Below the pieces are notes generated by a model. That model worked only from the letters and a program-made list of their open reading frames with translations. It was not told the DNA's origin and did no database searches. Position numbers and translations under genes: made by a program. A stretch of 63,079 nt of DNA, the filler included, from Chrysochromulina tobinii (taxonomy: Eukaryota): the NCBI GenBank assembly GCA_001275005.1. It is 5 parts of 5 records of this genome, joined end to end, with 100 filler letters (N's around TTAATTAATTAA, not from the genome) between each part and the next. Parts side by side here need not be neighbours in the genome. Positions count along the whole stretch, not along the records: positions 1 to 18,069 come from JWZX01000065.1; 4 more parts are not named here. One strand, given 5' to 3'. Positions 1 to 12,189 of this stretch are shown in pieces. The first letter of the stretch is position 1, and each line of letters opens with the position of its first letter.

Positions 1-3000
1 CGGGCGCGCGCAGCAGATGAGCTGCGTGAAGCAAGGGAGAGAGGAGCTCCAACAACGGCCGATGCAGCTGCTTCTCCTTGAAGTCGACTGCCGTGCACAA
101 AGCCCAGGCACATTCCTGCGTTGCCTGCAAGCAGCACAGCTCCTCGTCAGTACAGCCGACGCCCGCCCTAGCCAACGGCTCGTACGCTGGCCCCTGGAGC
201 ATGAGGAGCTGCGCAAGCGTGGGGGGAACGTCGGTGGGCGTGCCGGCGGCACCGCCTGCAGCACCGCCGACGTGGCCCATGGGCGCGAGAAGGGCCGCCA
301 TCAGCCGCACGTCGAGAATCGGACCGCGCAGCTCGATCCCCTCCGCCTCCAGGAGTTCAAGCAGTTGGGTCGCGCGACAGCAGACCTTCATGGGGCATGC
401 CTCACTCGAGCCGTCCGCGGCGAGACGCCGCGCCAGCGCCTGCCGAGGCGACTCCACCGCGCACGCGCCTCCTACTGCCGATGCCACCGCGGCGCCCACC
501 GCGGCGCCTTTCTCGAGAGGCAGCCAGTAGACGGTGGGGGGGTCCCAGCACACAGCCACTCCCGCGAGGCGCGCCGTCGCGGGTGGCGCGGGGTACACGA
601 GTGCTGCCTCGGCCGTGGGCGGCGCATCCGCGGCGGGCGCCGTGGCGGGCGGCACATCTTCGGCGAGCGGCTCGGCGATCGCTTCGTCCAACGGCAGCGC
701 CACGAGGCAGAATACTGGCTTCGCCTCCCACTCGCGGAGGAAGGCGATCCACGCGTCGGCATCCGTCGTGGGCGTGGCCATCGTAAAGGGTAGACGCCTG
801 CCGACATTGGAGCCGCCGCCGCCGCCGCCGCCGCCGCTGAGCTTCGCATACAACTGCCGGAACCGGAGTCCATCAGCGCCGAGCTGATCGAGGTCATCTC
901 TCTCGAGTTGGAGATCGAGCTGGAGCCGCTTGCGCGCCGCCTCGTGGATGAGGCGTGCATGCTTGCGCAGCATGCCTTCCTCGAGCACCGCGCCAGGCGC
1001 GCCACGCAGGGCGCGCAGGATTGCTTCGGCTCCGTCACTCGCTGCGAGCTTCTCAATGGTTCCGAGTCCGGCCCGCACGAGTGCGTGCGCGCGTGGCAGC
1101 TTGACGAACGGGAGGGCGAGCAGCGGCTTGAGGTCGTAATCGGCCGCGCCGCGCTCGAGTCGCTCTTGCCACGTGGCGATTGTGTGCGCCACGTCGCCCC
1201 ACCCAAGCTCCTCGCAGAAGGTGCGCACCTGCGCTGTGTACTGTGCTGCACGCGTCTCAAGGGCTTGCAGCTGCCCCAGCTCGAGGCCGTACCGATCTGC
1301 CACGAGCTCGGGCGCGGCGCCACGGTGCAGCTCGCGCAACGTGAGCGCGTCGAGGGTGCGTTGGTGAGTGCGGCGCATCTGCTGCTCGTGCGCGGTCGGC
1401 CTGGCTCCGCCGCCACCTCCGCAGCTCGCGCGCTGCACGAGCCACTCTTGCACGACGTAACCGCTCTGGTGCAGCAACTGCTTCTCGGCGGGCAGCAGCC
1501 CGCCTTCTCGGCGGATGGCTTCGTCGAGCTTGCGCCACATGATGTCGCCCGCGCCGTCCGAACGGCTCCCGTGGGAGTGACCCAGTGCACCATCGAAGGG
1601 CTCTTGCATGGGCGTGAGCAGGATGGTCAGGTGAAGCGTAGAGTCGGTGACGAAACGCGCGAGCACCTGACGAAGCGTATGTAGCAGGTAGACGCCATCC
1701 GAGGGGCGCAAGCTGCCAAGGTACACCGCCTTGCCGAACAGCGTCGGCGCCCATCGTATCCCGTCGGCACTCTGAAATAGGTTTAGCAGCGGCCGGCTTC
1801 GCTGCTGCTGCCGCTCAGCCGTTGTGCTCGCATCGACGTACGGCCTGCGCAGCCAATGGCACGCCGCAATGAGGTTGGCGTGAAGGGCCTGGCGCAGCTC
1901 AAGCCGCTCCGCACGCCCTGCCGCCGCCGCCGCCGCCTCCCCGCCGCCAGCCGCCTCCGCCGCGCTCGCGGGCACATCGGACGACGCGGGCAGCTCCGGC
2001 ACATTGCTCGTAGCGGGCTCGGCGCAGAGCGCGGCGGCAAACGTCAGCTGCGCCAGCTGCTGGAGCTCCTCGGGCGTGCTAGCGATGCCGGAGGCGACCG
2101 CTTCGAGGATGAATCGCTGGCATGCGGTCGGATGCCGCCAGAGGGGTGGCGCTGGCTCGGGTACGGCCGCCGGCCTTGCTGGCACTGGGGGCGGGAGCGG
2201 AGCCGGAGCCTCGGATGGAGGCGGCGCCTCGGATGGGGGCGGCGCCGAGGTAGCGGTCTTCAGTGCGATGGGTGCCCTGGGGGGCGGGTGGCGCCCGAGG
2301 AGAAGCGAGGTGAGTTTCGTCATCGGGCTCGCCATGAGCGCACATACCTTGTCTCGATCGCGCGGGCCCGCGACCACGAAGACCTCGCCCAGCTCGCACA
2401 GCCCCGCACGCCCTGCGCGTCCCGCCATCTGCCGATAGCTGATCGGCTGCAGCAGCACGCCCGCCTGGTCGTACGGCGAAGGCAGGATCACGCGACGGGC
2501 GGGCAGGTTGACCCCCGCGGCGAGCGTGGTCGTCGCGCACAGCACGCGCAGCGTGCGCTTGCGGAAGGCTTCTTCAATCGCACTCTTCTCGTTGAGTCCG
2601 AGGCCCGCGTGGTGCAAGGCCACGCCGTGTGGCACGGTACGCGTGTACAGCTCGAGGGTGCGCGCCGTGGGCGACGCGGCGTGGAGCCTCTCGAGCAGCG
2701 TGCACCGCGCAGCCAAGCGAGCGGGAGTGACGAGAGCCGCCTCAGGCAGCGCGACCTCGAAGGCGCGCGCAAGCGCGTCGGCGCACTGGGCCGTCTTGGC
2801 TTTGGTCGCGCAGAAGATGAGCACCTCCGCCCCGTCGCGCACAGCTTCGCATGCAAGCGCGACCGTTGATGCCCACTCGCCCTTGATGCTGCTGCTGCCG
2901 CCGGCGCCGGCACCGGCGCCGGCGCCCTGGCCAGCGCCGGTGGGCGCAAGCACGGCTGCGGGCAGCAAGCTCCGCTCGTGTCGCAGAATCGCCGCAGCCT

Positions 3001-4340
3001 CGACGTACTGCCAAACGTCGAGAAGCTCAGTGCTGGGCCGCACGAGCGCCGCCCCGGGCGCGCCAGGTCGGGCAGACATGCGCCCGCCTGTCGCCGCAGC
3101 GACTGGTGCCGGCGTCGGTGTCAGCGCGGGGGCAACGACGTACTGCGTGAGGGGCACGGGACGCTCCTCGCTCACGTATAAGGCCGCGCCGAGCCAGCTG
3201 GCGAGCACTTCGGGGTTGCCGAGCGTCGCAGACATGACGACGATCTGCGGACCACCGCCGCCGCCCTTGGTGCCGCTTCCGCTGCCATGGGTGAGGGCAC
3301 GTGCCGGCGCGCTGCTCGCGGGATGGCGCGCCGCATGCATCGCGAGCTTGTGCCGCTCCGCGCGAAGCAGCGTGAGCAGGTTCTCGATCGCATGGCCGCG
3401 CGATGGGTCTGCCAGCATGTGCACCTCGTCGACTACGACGATGCCGAGCTCGCGAAGTCCTTCGGGCATCTCGAGCATCCGATGCACCACCGCGCTCGCG
3501 CGCTCGATTGTACACACGAGCAGGTCCACGTCGCCGTCGAAGCCGTTCCGGCTGCGCGCGCCGTGGCTCGCCTCCACGCGCAGCTTGCCCGCAGCCCCCG
3601 GCCGACCGGCGCGACGGCCAGTCGTGGGCAGGCTGCGCAATAGGCGCGTGAGCCGCTCGGTGACCTCCTCAACCATCGAGACGTATGGCAGCACGAGCAG
3701 ACCCTTCTGTCGCCGCTGCAGCGCGCGGCACAGCAGTACATCCGCGACGAGCGACTTGCCGCCAGAAGTGGGCGTCGAGTACACGAGGTTGCGCCCGTCG
3801 AGCACGCCCTCGGTACCCAACAGGCATGCATGCTGCCATGGATAGAGGCGGTGCACGCCGAGCTCCTCGTACGCTGCCACCACCGAGGTGCGCAGCCCGC
3901 AGCCGCCCGTGCCCAGCGCCGCGCGCACGCTCAGGTGCGCGTCCGCCTCGGCCGCGCGGCTGCGCGACTCACCTCGAGCTAGGGCGGCGGCGGTCACCTC
4001 GACCGAGGCCGACGCGTCCACGAGCGGCGAGGCAGCTACGCTCGCTGAGGCAGTGTGAAGTACCTGTGTGAAGTTCGCCGGCGCGCCGGAGATGCCGGCA
4101 GCGGAGGCGGAGGCGGGAGCGACCGCTGCGCACGGCGCGTGCGAACCGAACGGCGGAGACGACACGCATACAGACAGCTGGCCTGGCATGGGTGCGACGG
4201 GCGCGGCGACGGGAGCGGCCGGCGGTGGCACCTCGGCGGGAGCGACTGAGGGTCCAGTCAGGTCATCGATCCCGAGCCACCAGTCGCGGTCGTCCACCAC
4301 CGTCGAGGGGTCTGATAGGGCCATGGGCTCATCGTCCGCA

Positions 4341-4371
<31 letters not shown>

Positions 4372-5074
4372 GTGGCGGCGGGTTCGATCGCAAGAGCGCG
4401 AGCTGCGGTTGCGGGAGCGGAGTTGGTGGGAACGGCAGTGGCGGCAGCTGCGGTTGCGGACGCGGCGGTGGTGGCGGTGGTGGCGACGGCGTGCGGGGCC
4501 GCTTGCGCTGGCTCGACGGCACGTGCTGCAGCGAAGACAACATCGGCGGCAGGGCTAGGGACTCGATCTGATTCGGTGGTGGCGTTGAAGGCAGCACCAG
4601 AGACGTGGGAGGAGGTGTGCTGCACGCGGAGCTCGACGAGATCTGCCGCTCCTGCTCCACGCGCTCGAGCACTTCGAGCAAGACCGCGTCCGGAAGGTCC
4701 TCCAAGAAAGTCGGTGAAGCACATGCGGTGGGTGGCAGCGGCAGCGTCGATGGCGGCTGCTCCACAGCGGATGAGAAGTTGAGCAACACGCCATCCTGCT
4801 TGCTTGCCCACGAATCATCGTCCCAAATGAAGGTAGGACATTGCTTGCGGCCGCGAGGCATCTCCTCGCAGCGCCAGAAAAAGCGGAGGTAGTTCTCCGA
4901 TTCCTGGTTGTACACCTGCCAATGCTTCATCGATGAGCGCGGATGGAGTCTGCAAGTTGGCGGCTTGCGCGCAACTTTCGGCTCAAGCTTTGGGCCGTCT
5001 GAATAAGGCCTCGCTGCCTGGAAGAGACTCGCCAGCGGGTCGTACGGCGTCGAAGTCGGCTGTGTTGCGTCCAT
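1..5074 (-). CDS. POLQ: DNA polymerase theta (POLQ/TEBICHI-like), 3'-partial: GRF zinc finger, SF2 helicase, HhH, start of the exonuclease-like/polymerase region
   Basis: Manual translation from ATG 5074; the frame was checked at several points and stays open to the window edge, which is why the ORF track omits it. Motifs: LYPWQHACL (Q motif), NLVYSTPTSGGKSLVADVLL (I), VVDEVHML (II), VMSATLGN (III), VLIFCATK (IV), GVALHHAGL...CATTTLAAGVNLPARRV (V), YRQMAGRAGRAG (VI), an HhH segment LPFVKLPRAHALVRAGL, then AFLREWEAKPVFCL and LDVRLMAALLAP, which resemble the Pol theta exonuclease-like domain. Confidence 0.88.
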
Positions 5075-5237
5075 GATGTGTGGCCGAGCGCTTCCGCTTG
5101 CCTTTTTGAAGCATCGATGAAGGCGCGAGAAAAAATGAACGAGCGCCGTCCGCGAGCGGATGCTTACATGACTCACCAAAAATTTTCGTGTACAACGTCA
5201 ACTCTACTAGAAATCGCTCCGTCCGACGGCGCTGCCG

Positions 5238-6806
5238 ATGCAAAGTTTGCGGACAGTCATCTTTTCTCCTCGCACCATCATGCAATGGATCGTGGACTCC
5301 GAGTTCGTGAACCATGACCTCTTGAACTACCGGTGCAACGTGAGCGGGTCAATCATCTGTGACGAGCCGCTGCGCTCGTGCCAGTACGACCCGATCCTCT
5401 CCGATGACTCGTCCATCAATGCCACCGCGAAGTGTGGGATTGAGGGCATGTGCTACGTGTGCTTGCACAAGGCACTCTTCCCAATGATCGGGTCCGACGT
5501 GCTCATGATCGCCATATTCTTTGCCTGCGGTGTGCTCGCTGGTGCCGCGGGCCTCGGCGGCGGCGGCCTCTACGTTCCCATCCTCATGCTCACGTCCAAC
5601 TTCCTCATCAAGGAGGCAACACCGCTGTCGAATGCTATGGTGATGGGCAACTATCTCGCGCAGATCCTGATCAACGTGAGGCGCCGGCATCCTCACTCCA
5701 AGTTCCGCGCCATGATCGACCTCGACGTGCCGCTCATGCTGCTACCCGCGCAGCTCGTGGGCAGCGCGATTGGCCTGTTGCTTGCGCCGATCCTGCCGGC
5801 GACGGGCATCGAGATCCTAGCGTGCTTGCTGCTCTTCGTCGCGGCGACCAAGACGGTCATGACTGCGTACAAGATCTTCAAAAAGGAGACCGTCGCCGCC
5901 GCGCTCAAGCGACAGGAGCTCCTGCTGAACAGAATGACCCACGAGAGCGCAGCGGCCAACGTCGCCGCCGACGACGGAAAGCAGGAGCGGCTGCTGGCAA
6001 GGCAACTTCGGTCCGAGTCGAGCGCTTCCGGGGGTGCGGGTGAGGCGAGCTTCTACCCGATCCTCGCGCCCACCTCGGACGCGGACCGTACCAACAGCGT
6101 GCTGCTCACGACGACGGCGGAGGACCTCCACCGTGCAAGAGTCGCGTACCGGCGCAAGAGCATCTGGAAGATCGGCGGCCTGGTGCTCACTTGGCTCTCC
6201 TTCCTCGGCATCTTCGTCGGCTCGAGCAACACTAAAGGCGGCCGGTGCTCAGCGGGCAAGCTTGGATGGCTCTTCTCACAGCTCATCGTGCCCGTGTGTG
6301 CTGTCACTGGCACCGCCGTGAGCCTCCTGAAAGGCGCGTATGACCATGTCGAGGGCCGTCTGCCCGGCGATGTGGTATGGACGCGCCGCTCCGTGGTAAT
6401 GCTGCCGCTGCTCGCGTTGCTCGTGGGCATCGTGTCGGGGCTTCTCGGGATTGGCGGCGGCGAGCTCATGGCGCCGCTGCTGCTTGCGATTGGGATGCTA
6501 CCGCAGTGCGCCTCGTCGACATCTGCCTTAATGGGCCTCTTCACCTCATGCTCCAACATGGCTCATTACATGATACAGGGCACGCTGCGGCCCTGGTCGA
6601 GCTACGTCTACATTCTAGGCCTCGTCAGCTTTCTGGCCGCCTTCACGGGGCGCATCATCGCACTCACGGTCGTGACGCGCCTCTCGCACCCGTCCGTGCT
6701 CTCCTTTTTGCTCGGGTTCGCCCTCTACGCGGGCCTCGTCCTCCTCGTCGTGCAAATTGTGGGAAATCCTATCGACTGGAGCGTCGACGACCTGTGCGGC
6801 AAGTAA
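5238..6806 (+). CDS. TauE/SafE (DUF81) sulfite-exporter family membrane protein
   Basis: Duplicated Gly-rich motifs GVLAGAAGLGGGGLYVPIL and GIVSGLLGIGGGELMAPLL plus many hydrophobic helices. The start may be ATG 5280. Confidence 0.85.
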   Translation: MQSLRTVIFSPRTIMQWIVDSEFVNHDLLNYRCNVSGSIICDEPLRSCQYDPILSDDSSINATAKCGIEGMCYVCLHKALFPMIGSDVLMIAIFFACGVLAGAAGLGGGGLYVPILMLTSNFLIKEATPLSNAMVMGNYLAQILINVRRRHPHSKFRAMIDLDVPLMLLPAQLVGSAIGLLLAPILPATGIEILACLLLFVAATKTVMTAYKIFKKETVAAALKRQELLLNRMTHESAAANVAADDGKQERLLARQLRSESSASGGAGEASFYPILAPTSDADRTNSVLLTTTAEDLHRARVAYRRKSIWKIGGLVLTWLSFLGIFVGSSNTKGGRCSAGKLGWLFSQLIVPVCAVTGTAVSLLKGAYDHVEGRLPGDVVWTRRSVVMLPLLALLVGIVSGLLGIGGGELMAPLLLAIGMLPQCASSTSALMGLFTSCSNMAHYMIQGTLRPWSSYVYILGLVSFLAAFTGRIIALTVVTRLSHPSVLSFLLGFALYAGLVLLVVQIVGNPIDWSVDDLCGK

Positions 6807-7521
6807 GTAGCCACTTGCCGCTGGGCTGTGCGCAGGTGTTTGTGTGTAGAGGACGGAGTCTCGCACGAGAGGTACTAGCAGCCATGAAGCGTGAAGCGTG
6901 AAGCCGTACTGAGCATCTGTGCGAGTGTAATCCTCGTGCGTCAGACCGTGAGCATGCGGGCGTTCGCGCGACACGCGTCTGCAGTCTCACAGAGAGCAGC
7001 CACAACCCACGATGTAGGAGTCACTTTACTGCTCTGTGCACTGTGGCAGGCGACTGGGGCCCACCCGTCGCACGCGACTGTGGAGTTTGGCGCGGGTGCA
7101 ACCGCTTTCTATACTTCCCGAGAACTGTCGCACGTGTGGGGCTAGGGTAGCCGTGCCGGGCAGCGATACACACACATGTCACAACACGCTAAACACGTCC
7201 CATGACATCACCAGAAGAGCGGAGCACACAGGGGCACACCGTGCGTTTTTTCAGACCGCGACGTGTAGTCGGCTTTTTGCTGTTACGAGGCGCTGTGGGA
7301 TGGGGGATGTCTCCGTAATGTCTCCGAGAGTCGGAGCCGGCAGCCGCAGCGCGCGTAGATGAGATGCGTTCCGACGCGAGCGCATGCAATTGGCGAGCGG
7401 TTGGCGGGAGAGCCCGATTTGGGAGAGCCCGTCATCAAGGAATGCCAGGGCCGATCCGTGCCAAGCGCCGTGCCAAGCGCCTTGGCCGGCAGAAGGACGT
7501 CACACAAGAGTCAGAGGTCGT

Positions 7522-7580
7522 CATGCATGAGAGCAGCTATCCCAGTCACAGCATGCATGAGAGCAGCTATCCCAGTCACA
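7522..7580. repeat. 30-bp tandem duplication
   Basis: CATGCATGAGAGCAGCTATCCCAGTCACA(G) occurs twice in tandem. Confidence 0.9.
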
Positions 7581-7646
7581 CGGTGGGTTGATCCTTGCCT
7601 CCTCAGTAAAGGGGGCAGGCGACGCAGCTTGCCCATGCCCATCTGA

Positions 7647-9002
7647 TCAAAAAGCCCCGGCGAGGGCGGCCATGGTGGCGGCGGCCTCCGCCTCGTTTGC
7701 GGGGGTGACTCGACCCCCCACGCCTGGCCCGCCATACGCGTCGACGCTGCTAGGTCGATTCGCAAGTGGCGACGCTCCAATCGATCTCATGTGCTGATTC
7801 GGGCAGCTCACCGGCCGAGCCGGCGCCACCGCGCTGGACGGCGCGACCCCTGCGACGCCACCGAAACCGAACTGCACAGGCACTAGCAGTGGCGCTGGCG
7901 GAGGCGGACTCACCGAGTTCCTGACCCCCTCGCTCCCCCCCTCGCTCACCCCCTCGCCCGCCCCCTCTGTGCATACCTTCGGAGGCGCCGGCACGAGGGC
8001 CGGGCGGTATCGAGGGAGGCCCTGGGCCTTGCAGTAGGCACCAAGGAGCATATTCGCCGCGAGCGAGTCCGCGGTGATGGAGCCGCGCGAAGGATCGAGC
8101 AGCGCCCCGCTCGCGCGCAGGGGCTGAGGCGCCGTCGTCGGCTGCGGCTGCGACAGAAACTCATTCGGCGGCGGCTGCGGCGGCTGCTTGGCCGCCACTG
8201 CTGCTGCCAATGGCGGCGGCACAGGCATGAAGGCGGCCACCCTCTGCCGTTTCGGCAGGGGCGTCGCGAGAGCGGGGGGTAGACGGCCGCCGGGAGACAC
8301 GTGGTTGCCCTGCTCGTCGGTCACCACTCTCGACGACGACAGCACGGTGGAGGGTTCGATGGCGACAGCGGTGGTGGCGATGAAGGCGGTGGCAGTGGCG
8401 ACGGGGGCGGCGGTGATGGCAGTGGCGGAGGCAGTACGGCTGATGGTAGCGATGGTTGCTGTGGCCACGGGCAGCGCGCAGCAGTTGGCGGTATCATCTT
8501 GCTTGGTCCGCTTCCTCTCTTCCTTTCGGCGCATGCTGTTCCACCGATTCTTGATCGAGTTGTCCGTGCGCCCCGGGAAGAACTTGACGATCTCCGACCA
8601 GCGTGTGCCGAGTTCCTGCACCCTAGCCACGATCGCCGAGTCTTCCTCCGCGGTCCACTCAGTTTTTGTTACATCGGGCGAGAGGTGGTTGTGCCAGCGC
8701 TCACGGCATTGCTTGCCAGAGCGCCCTTCCATGAGCGCGCCGATGGCTGACCAGCGCACTTTGCAGTGCGCCTGTAGCGCCTGCGTGACCAATGTGTGCA
8801 GCGTCTCATCCTCTGCAGGTTTCCAGACGTGCTTTTTCCAGGTGCACGGTGGCGTGGGGGTGGGGTTCCCCAAGGCGTCATCCGGCGAGATCAGAGGTGG
8901 GGCCCCCTTGTCCCATGGGGCGGGGCTAGCGGTCATCGCGGTCATCGTGCTCAAAGGCGTTTCGCGGCCAAAATCTTCCTCCATTTCGTCGTGGTCCGAC
9001 AT
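7647..9002 (-). CDS. R2R3-type Myb transcription factor
   Basis: Two Myb repeats, WKPAEDETL...WSAIG...GRSGKQCRERWHNHL and EWTAEEDSAI...GTRWSEIVKFFPGRTDNSIKNRWN, followed by an Ala/Pro-rich tail. First ATG is at 9002. Confidence 0.92.
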   Translation of the reverse strand: MSDHDEMEEDFGRETPLSTMTAMTASPAPWDKGAPPLISPDDALGNPTPTPPCTWKKHVWKPAEDETLHTLVTQALQAHCKVRWSAIGALMEGRSGKQCRERWHNHLSPDVTKTEWTAEEDSAIVARVQELGTRWSEIVKFFPGRTDNSIKNRWNSMRRKEERKRTKQDDTANCCALPVATATIATISRTASATAITAAPVATATAFIATTAVAIEPSTVLSSSRVVTDEQGNHVSPGGRLPPALATPLPKRQRVAAFMPVPPPLAAAVAAKQPPQPPPNEFLSQPQPTTAPQPLRASGALLDPSRGSITADSLAANMLLGAYCKAQGLPRYRPALVPAPPKVCTEGAGEGVSEGGSEGVRNSVSPPPPAPLLVPVQFGFGGVAGVAPSSAVAPARPVSCPNQHMRSIGASPLANRPSSVDAYGGPGVGGRVTPANEAEAAATMAALAGAF

Positions 9003-9357
9003 CGCGCCAAAGATCGGCCTCGCGCCCACGACGAACCGGATTCGGCGCGACGCGAAGCTCGCTCGGCCTCTGCTTGCAATCTTTCTAAGAAGTTTATTTA
9101 TGTTCCGTAACGGCAGCGTCCATTGTAACGGCTACAAGCGAGCGCCCAGATCGAGACGCTTTTTTCGGACGGCAACTGTTCAGCCGAGCACCTGAAACCG
9201 AGAACACCCAGCTACGCCACACCATATGCGCACACCGCGGCGGGCGCACAGAAAACTTCTGCTTGCGCGTCGTCGCCGCCATTGGCTACCGATGAGAGCC
9301 ACTCGCCTGCTTGCTCTACACTGGCCCTACAAAGGTACAACGTCGCTCTTCGCTGCC

Positions 9358-11809
9358 ATGGGTTGCTTGCCATCGTCTGTTTCGCGCGATGCTGAGCCCG
9401 ACGAAGGTGAACGGATGACGACGGAATCATCGACCGATAGAAGCTCTTCTAGCCACTGGCAGCGGCCAGCGGCGGTGAGACGGCGCAGACTCTTCTCCGG
9501 ATCCCACAGAGCCTTCAACGGGGATGGCTGCGCCCAGAAGAAGACGCCTAAGACCGAAGCGGACCGTATGAGCTTGCTCGACGCTCTGAGCGAAGGCACG
9601 CTCCTCGGCGCCCTCGCCTCGCAGGAGCTCAATGAGTTGATCGACTACATGGAAGTCGTGGTGATGCAGCAGGGTCAGAAGTGCGATCTTGGCGGTTGCC
9701 TCTGTGTCGTGCTCGAGGGCGAAGTGGAAAGAAGCTCTGGCACGCACTCGAACGATGAGAGCGGCGGTGTCTCTCAAAAGCACATAGCGGGCGCAGTCTT
9801 TGGCCAGGTGGGACTCTTTGACAACAGCGGGTAACGGCACGCTGGACGACTCCACTTTCATTCGCCCACTAGCCCCCGGCCCTTTACATCCTCGCTCGCT
9901 TACGGGCAGTCGTGATCTCGAGTCTCGCCTTCACAGTGTCGCTGGTGGAGTGCATGCACTCGCCACCTGTCCATCCCGCCTGTGCAAGCTTCCTGGGACG
10001 GCGTATCGACGCGCCATGGAGTACACACGACAGGCGAACATCAAGACAAACATGAGGCTGTTGAGCACCATTCCGATCTTCAACAAGCTCACGATCGCTG
10101 AACGCCTCCAGGTAGCCGACTTGAGTGTTACACGCTCATTCCAAAGGAACGAAATCATCGTGCGTGAGGGCGAAGTCGGTGATACCTTTTACATCCTTCG
10201 TCAGGGTGGCGCTATCGTCACACGCGGTACCAACTCTTTTGGTTTGCCCCAGCGCATCGACTACAAATACCCAGGGGATTACTTCGGCGAGGCTGCCCTG
10301 TTAGAGGGGCTGCCACGAAATGCTACTGTCGCCGCTGCTCAGCCTGGCACAGAGGCGCTTTGCATCGAAAAGGCTCTATTCAACGATCGACTTCTCGGCC
10401 CCTTGTCGGAAATCATGGGCCGAAGTGAGAGCACTATCCAGCAACACATGGTCGTTTCTGTGCCATTGCTCGCCCAGCTGACAGCCGAGCGGCGTGACGC
10501 GCTTGTCGGCCGCCTCAGAATCGAAACTTTCGACCAGGGCAGGTTCGTCTTTGAACAGGGCGCCCTTGGCGATCGCTTGTACATCATCAAAGCTGGCGAG
10601 GTCGTTGTTACTGAACGCAACGAGAGGGGTGAACAACGGCAAATCGATCACCTCTCCGTCGGCCAATGCTTTGGCGAGCGGGCCTTGCTCAAAGAGGAGC
10701 CACGTATGGCAAGCGTGCGCGCTGCGACCAAGCTGGAGTGCTATTCCCTGAGCTATCGTGATTTTGCCGAGCTCGGGCTGGCGCATGATGTTGACTGGAG
10801 CCGCCGTTGGGACATGGAGGACACGCGCGATGTCTCGCAGCTTCGCGTACTAAGCGTTTTGGGTGCGGGTGCATTTGGCACGGCCTGGCTTGTGAAACAC
10901 CAGAAGACTGATCGCCAGTACGCGCTGAAGGCGCTCGAGAAGCGTACGGTCATGCGCCAGAACTGGACGTATGTCGTTGTGCGCGAAAAGGAGCTGCTCC
11001 AGTCGCTCGAACCGCATCCGTTCGTGATCACGATACATAATGCCTTCCAGAGCCCGACGCATCTCTTCATGCTCATGGAACTTGCACCAGGAGGAGAACT
11101 GTTCCAGCTACTCGAGACCGTCGAGCGCTTCCCACCTGAGCAGGCTCGCTTCTTTGTCGGCTGCGTCGTCCTCGCCATCGGTCACTTGCATCGGCACGAC
11201 ATCGTCTTCCGAGACCTGAAGGCAGAGAATTTGCTGATCTCAGGGACAGGATACCTAAAGCTGATCGACATGGGCTTTGCCAAGCGTCTCGCCAAGGGTG
11301 AGAAAGCCTACACGCTTTGTGGCACGCCCTATTACCTGGCGCCCGAGATGATTCTACACCAAGGCCACGGCTTTGCGCTCGACTGGTGGACGGTGGGTGT
11401 TCTGACTTACGAGATGATTGGGGGTGGGCCACCCTTCACCGGCAATTCTGAGATGGAGGTCTACGGCAAAGTGACACGTCTCAACTACTCCTGCTCGCCC
11501 TCTCACTTTCCAGAGCATTCAATCAGCTTCATCTCACAGCTTCTCAAGAAAGAGCCCGAGATGCGCCTCGGTAGTCTCGTTGGCAAACAGCGCAACGGCG
11601 TAAACGACGTGATGGCACACGAGTGGTTTCATGGATTTAGCTGGGACGATCTGATGGGGCAACGGCTGCGGGCGAGCTACATACCGCCGCCTCGCACGTA
11701 CAAGTGCGGCGGATCACCAGATCCTTCGAATCGAATCCTTCGTGAGAATCTTAATCTCGAGGACGTGTGCAATAGCCCGTCTGACTGCGGATACTGGGTG
11801 GGGTGGTGA
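9358..11809 (+). CDS. Cyclic-nucleotide-dependent (PKG-like) protein kinase with three CNB domains; one intron at 9831-9909 (alternative acceptor 9936)
   Basis: MGCLPSS N-terminus; CNB motifs FGQVGLF, FGEAALLEGLPRNATV and FGERALLKEEPRMASV; kinase motifs LGAGAFG, YALK, FRDLKAEN, DMGFAK and TLCGTPYYLAPE. ORFs 9226..9834 and 9800..11809 join in frame through GG|GTAACG...GGCAG|T. Confidence 0.88.
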
Positions 11810-12189
11810 CAGACTTGGGTAGGTATCGCCGATGCCCGGGCTATGCGCCGGAGGCAAGAGTCTGTCTTCCGATGCGTGGAAGAGGGAAGCCCGGATACTG
11901 AGTTACCGTACGATGCCCTATTTGTCTGCATAAGTGCGTGGTCATCGGTGTCGCTCCACCCTCTCCAAGCAACCGTCTTGGATTTAAGGGTTAAGGGTTG
12001 CGGTTGGCTTCGGGGTCCTTTGGGGTTCTCACTGTCAGGGGTGAAAGCCAGTCAGGGGTCAACTTACTAAACGTATACCGGGGTTGTGGGAGAGGGAGTT
12101 GCACACGCTTCTAAACTGCTCCACTAGGAGCAAATCGTGTCGCCTGCTCTTCACCACCGCACGTGGAACGGTAATCTGCCGCGCCCTAC

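Noticed and set aside
17..4892. Many long plus-strand ORFs such as 2508..3845 and 1856..2869
   Set aside because: Antisense shadows of the POLQ frame in high-GC DNA, with no recognisable motifs.
11983..11999. TTAAGGGTTAAGGGTT telomere-like sequence
   Set aside because: Only two imperfect units; too short to call.
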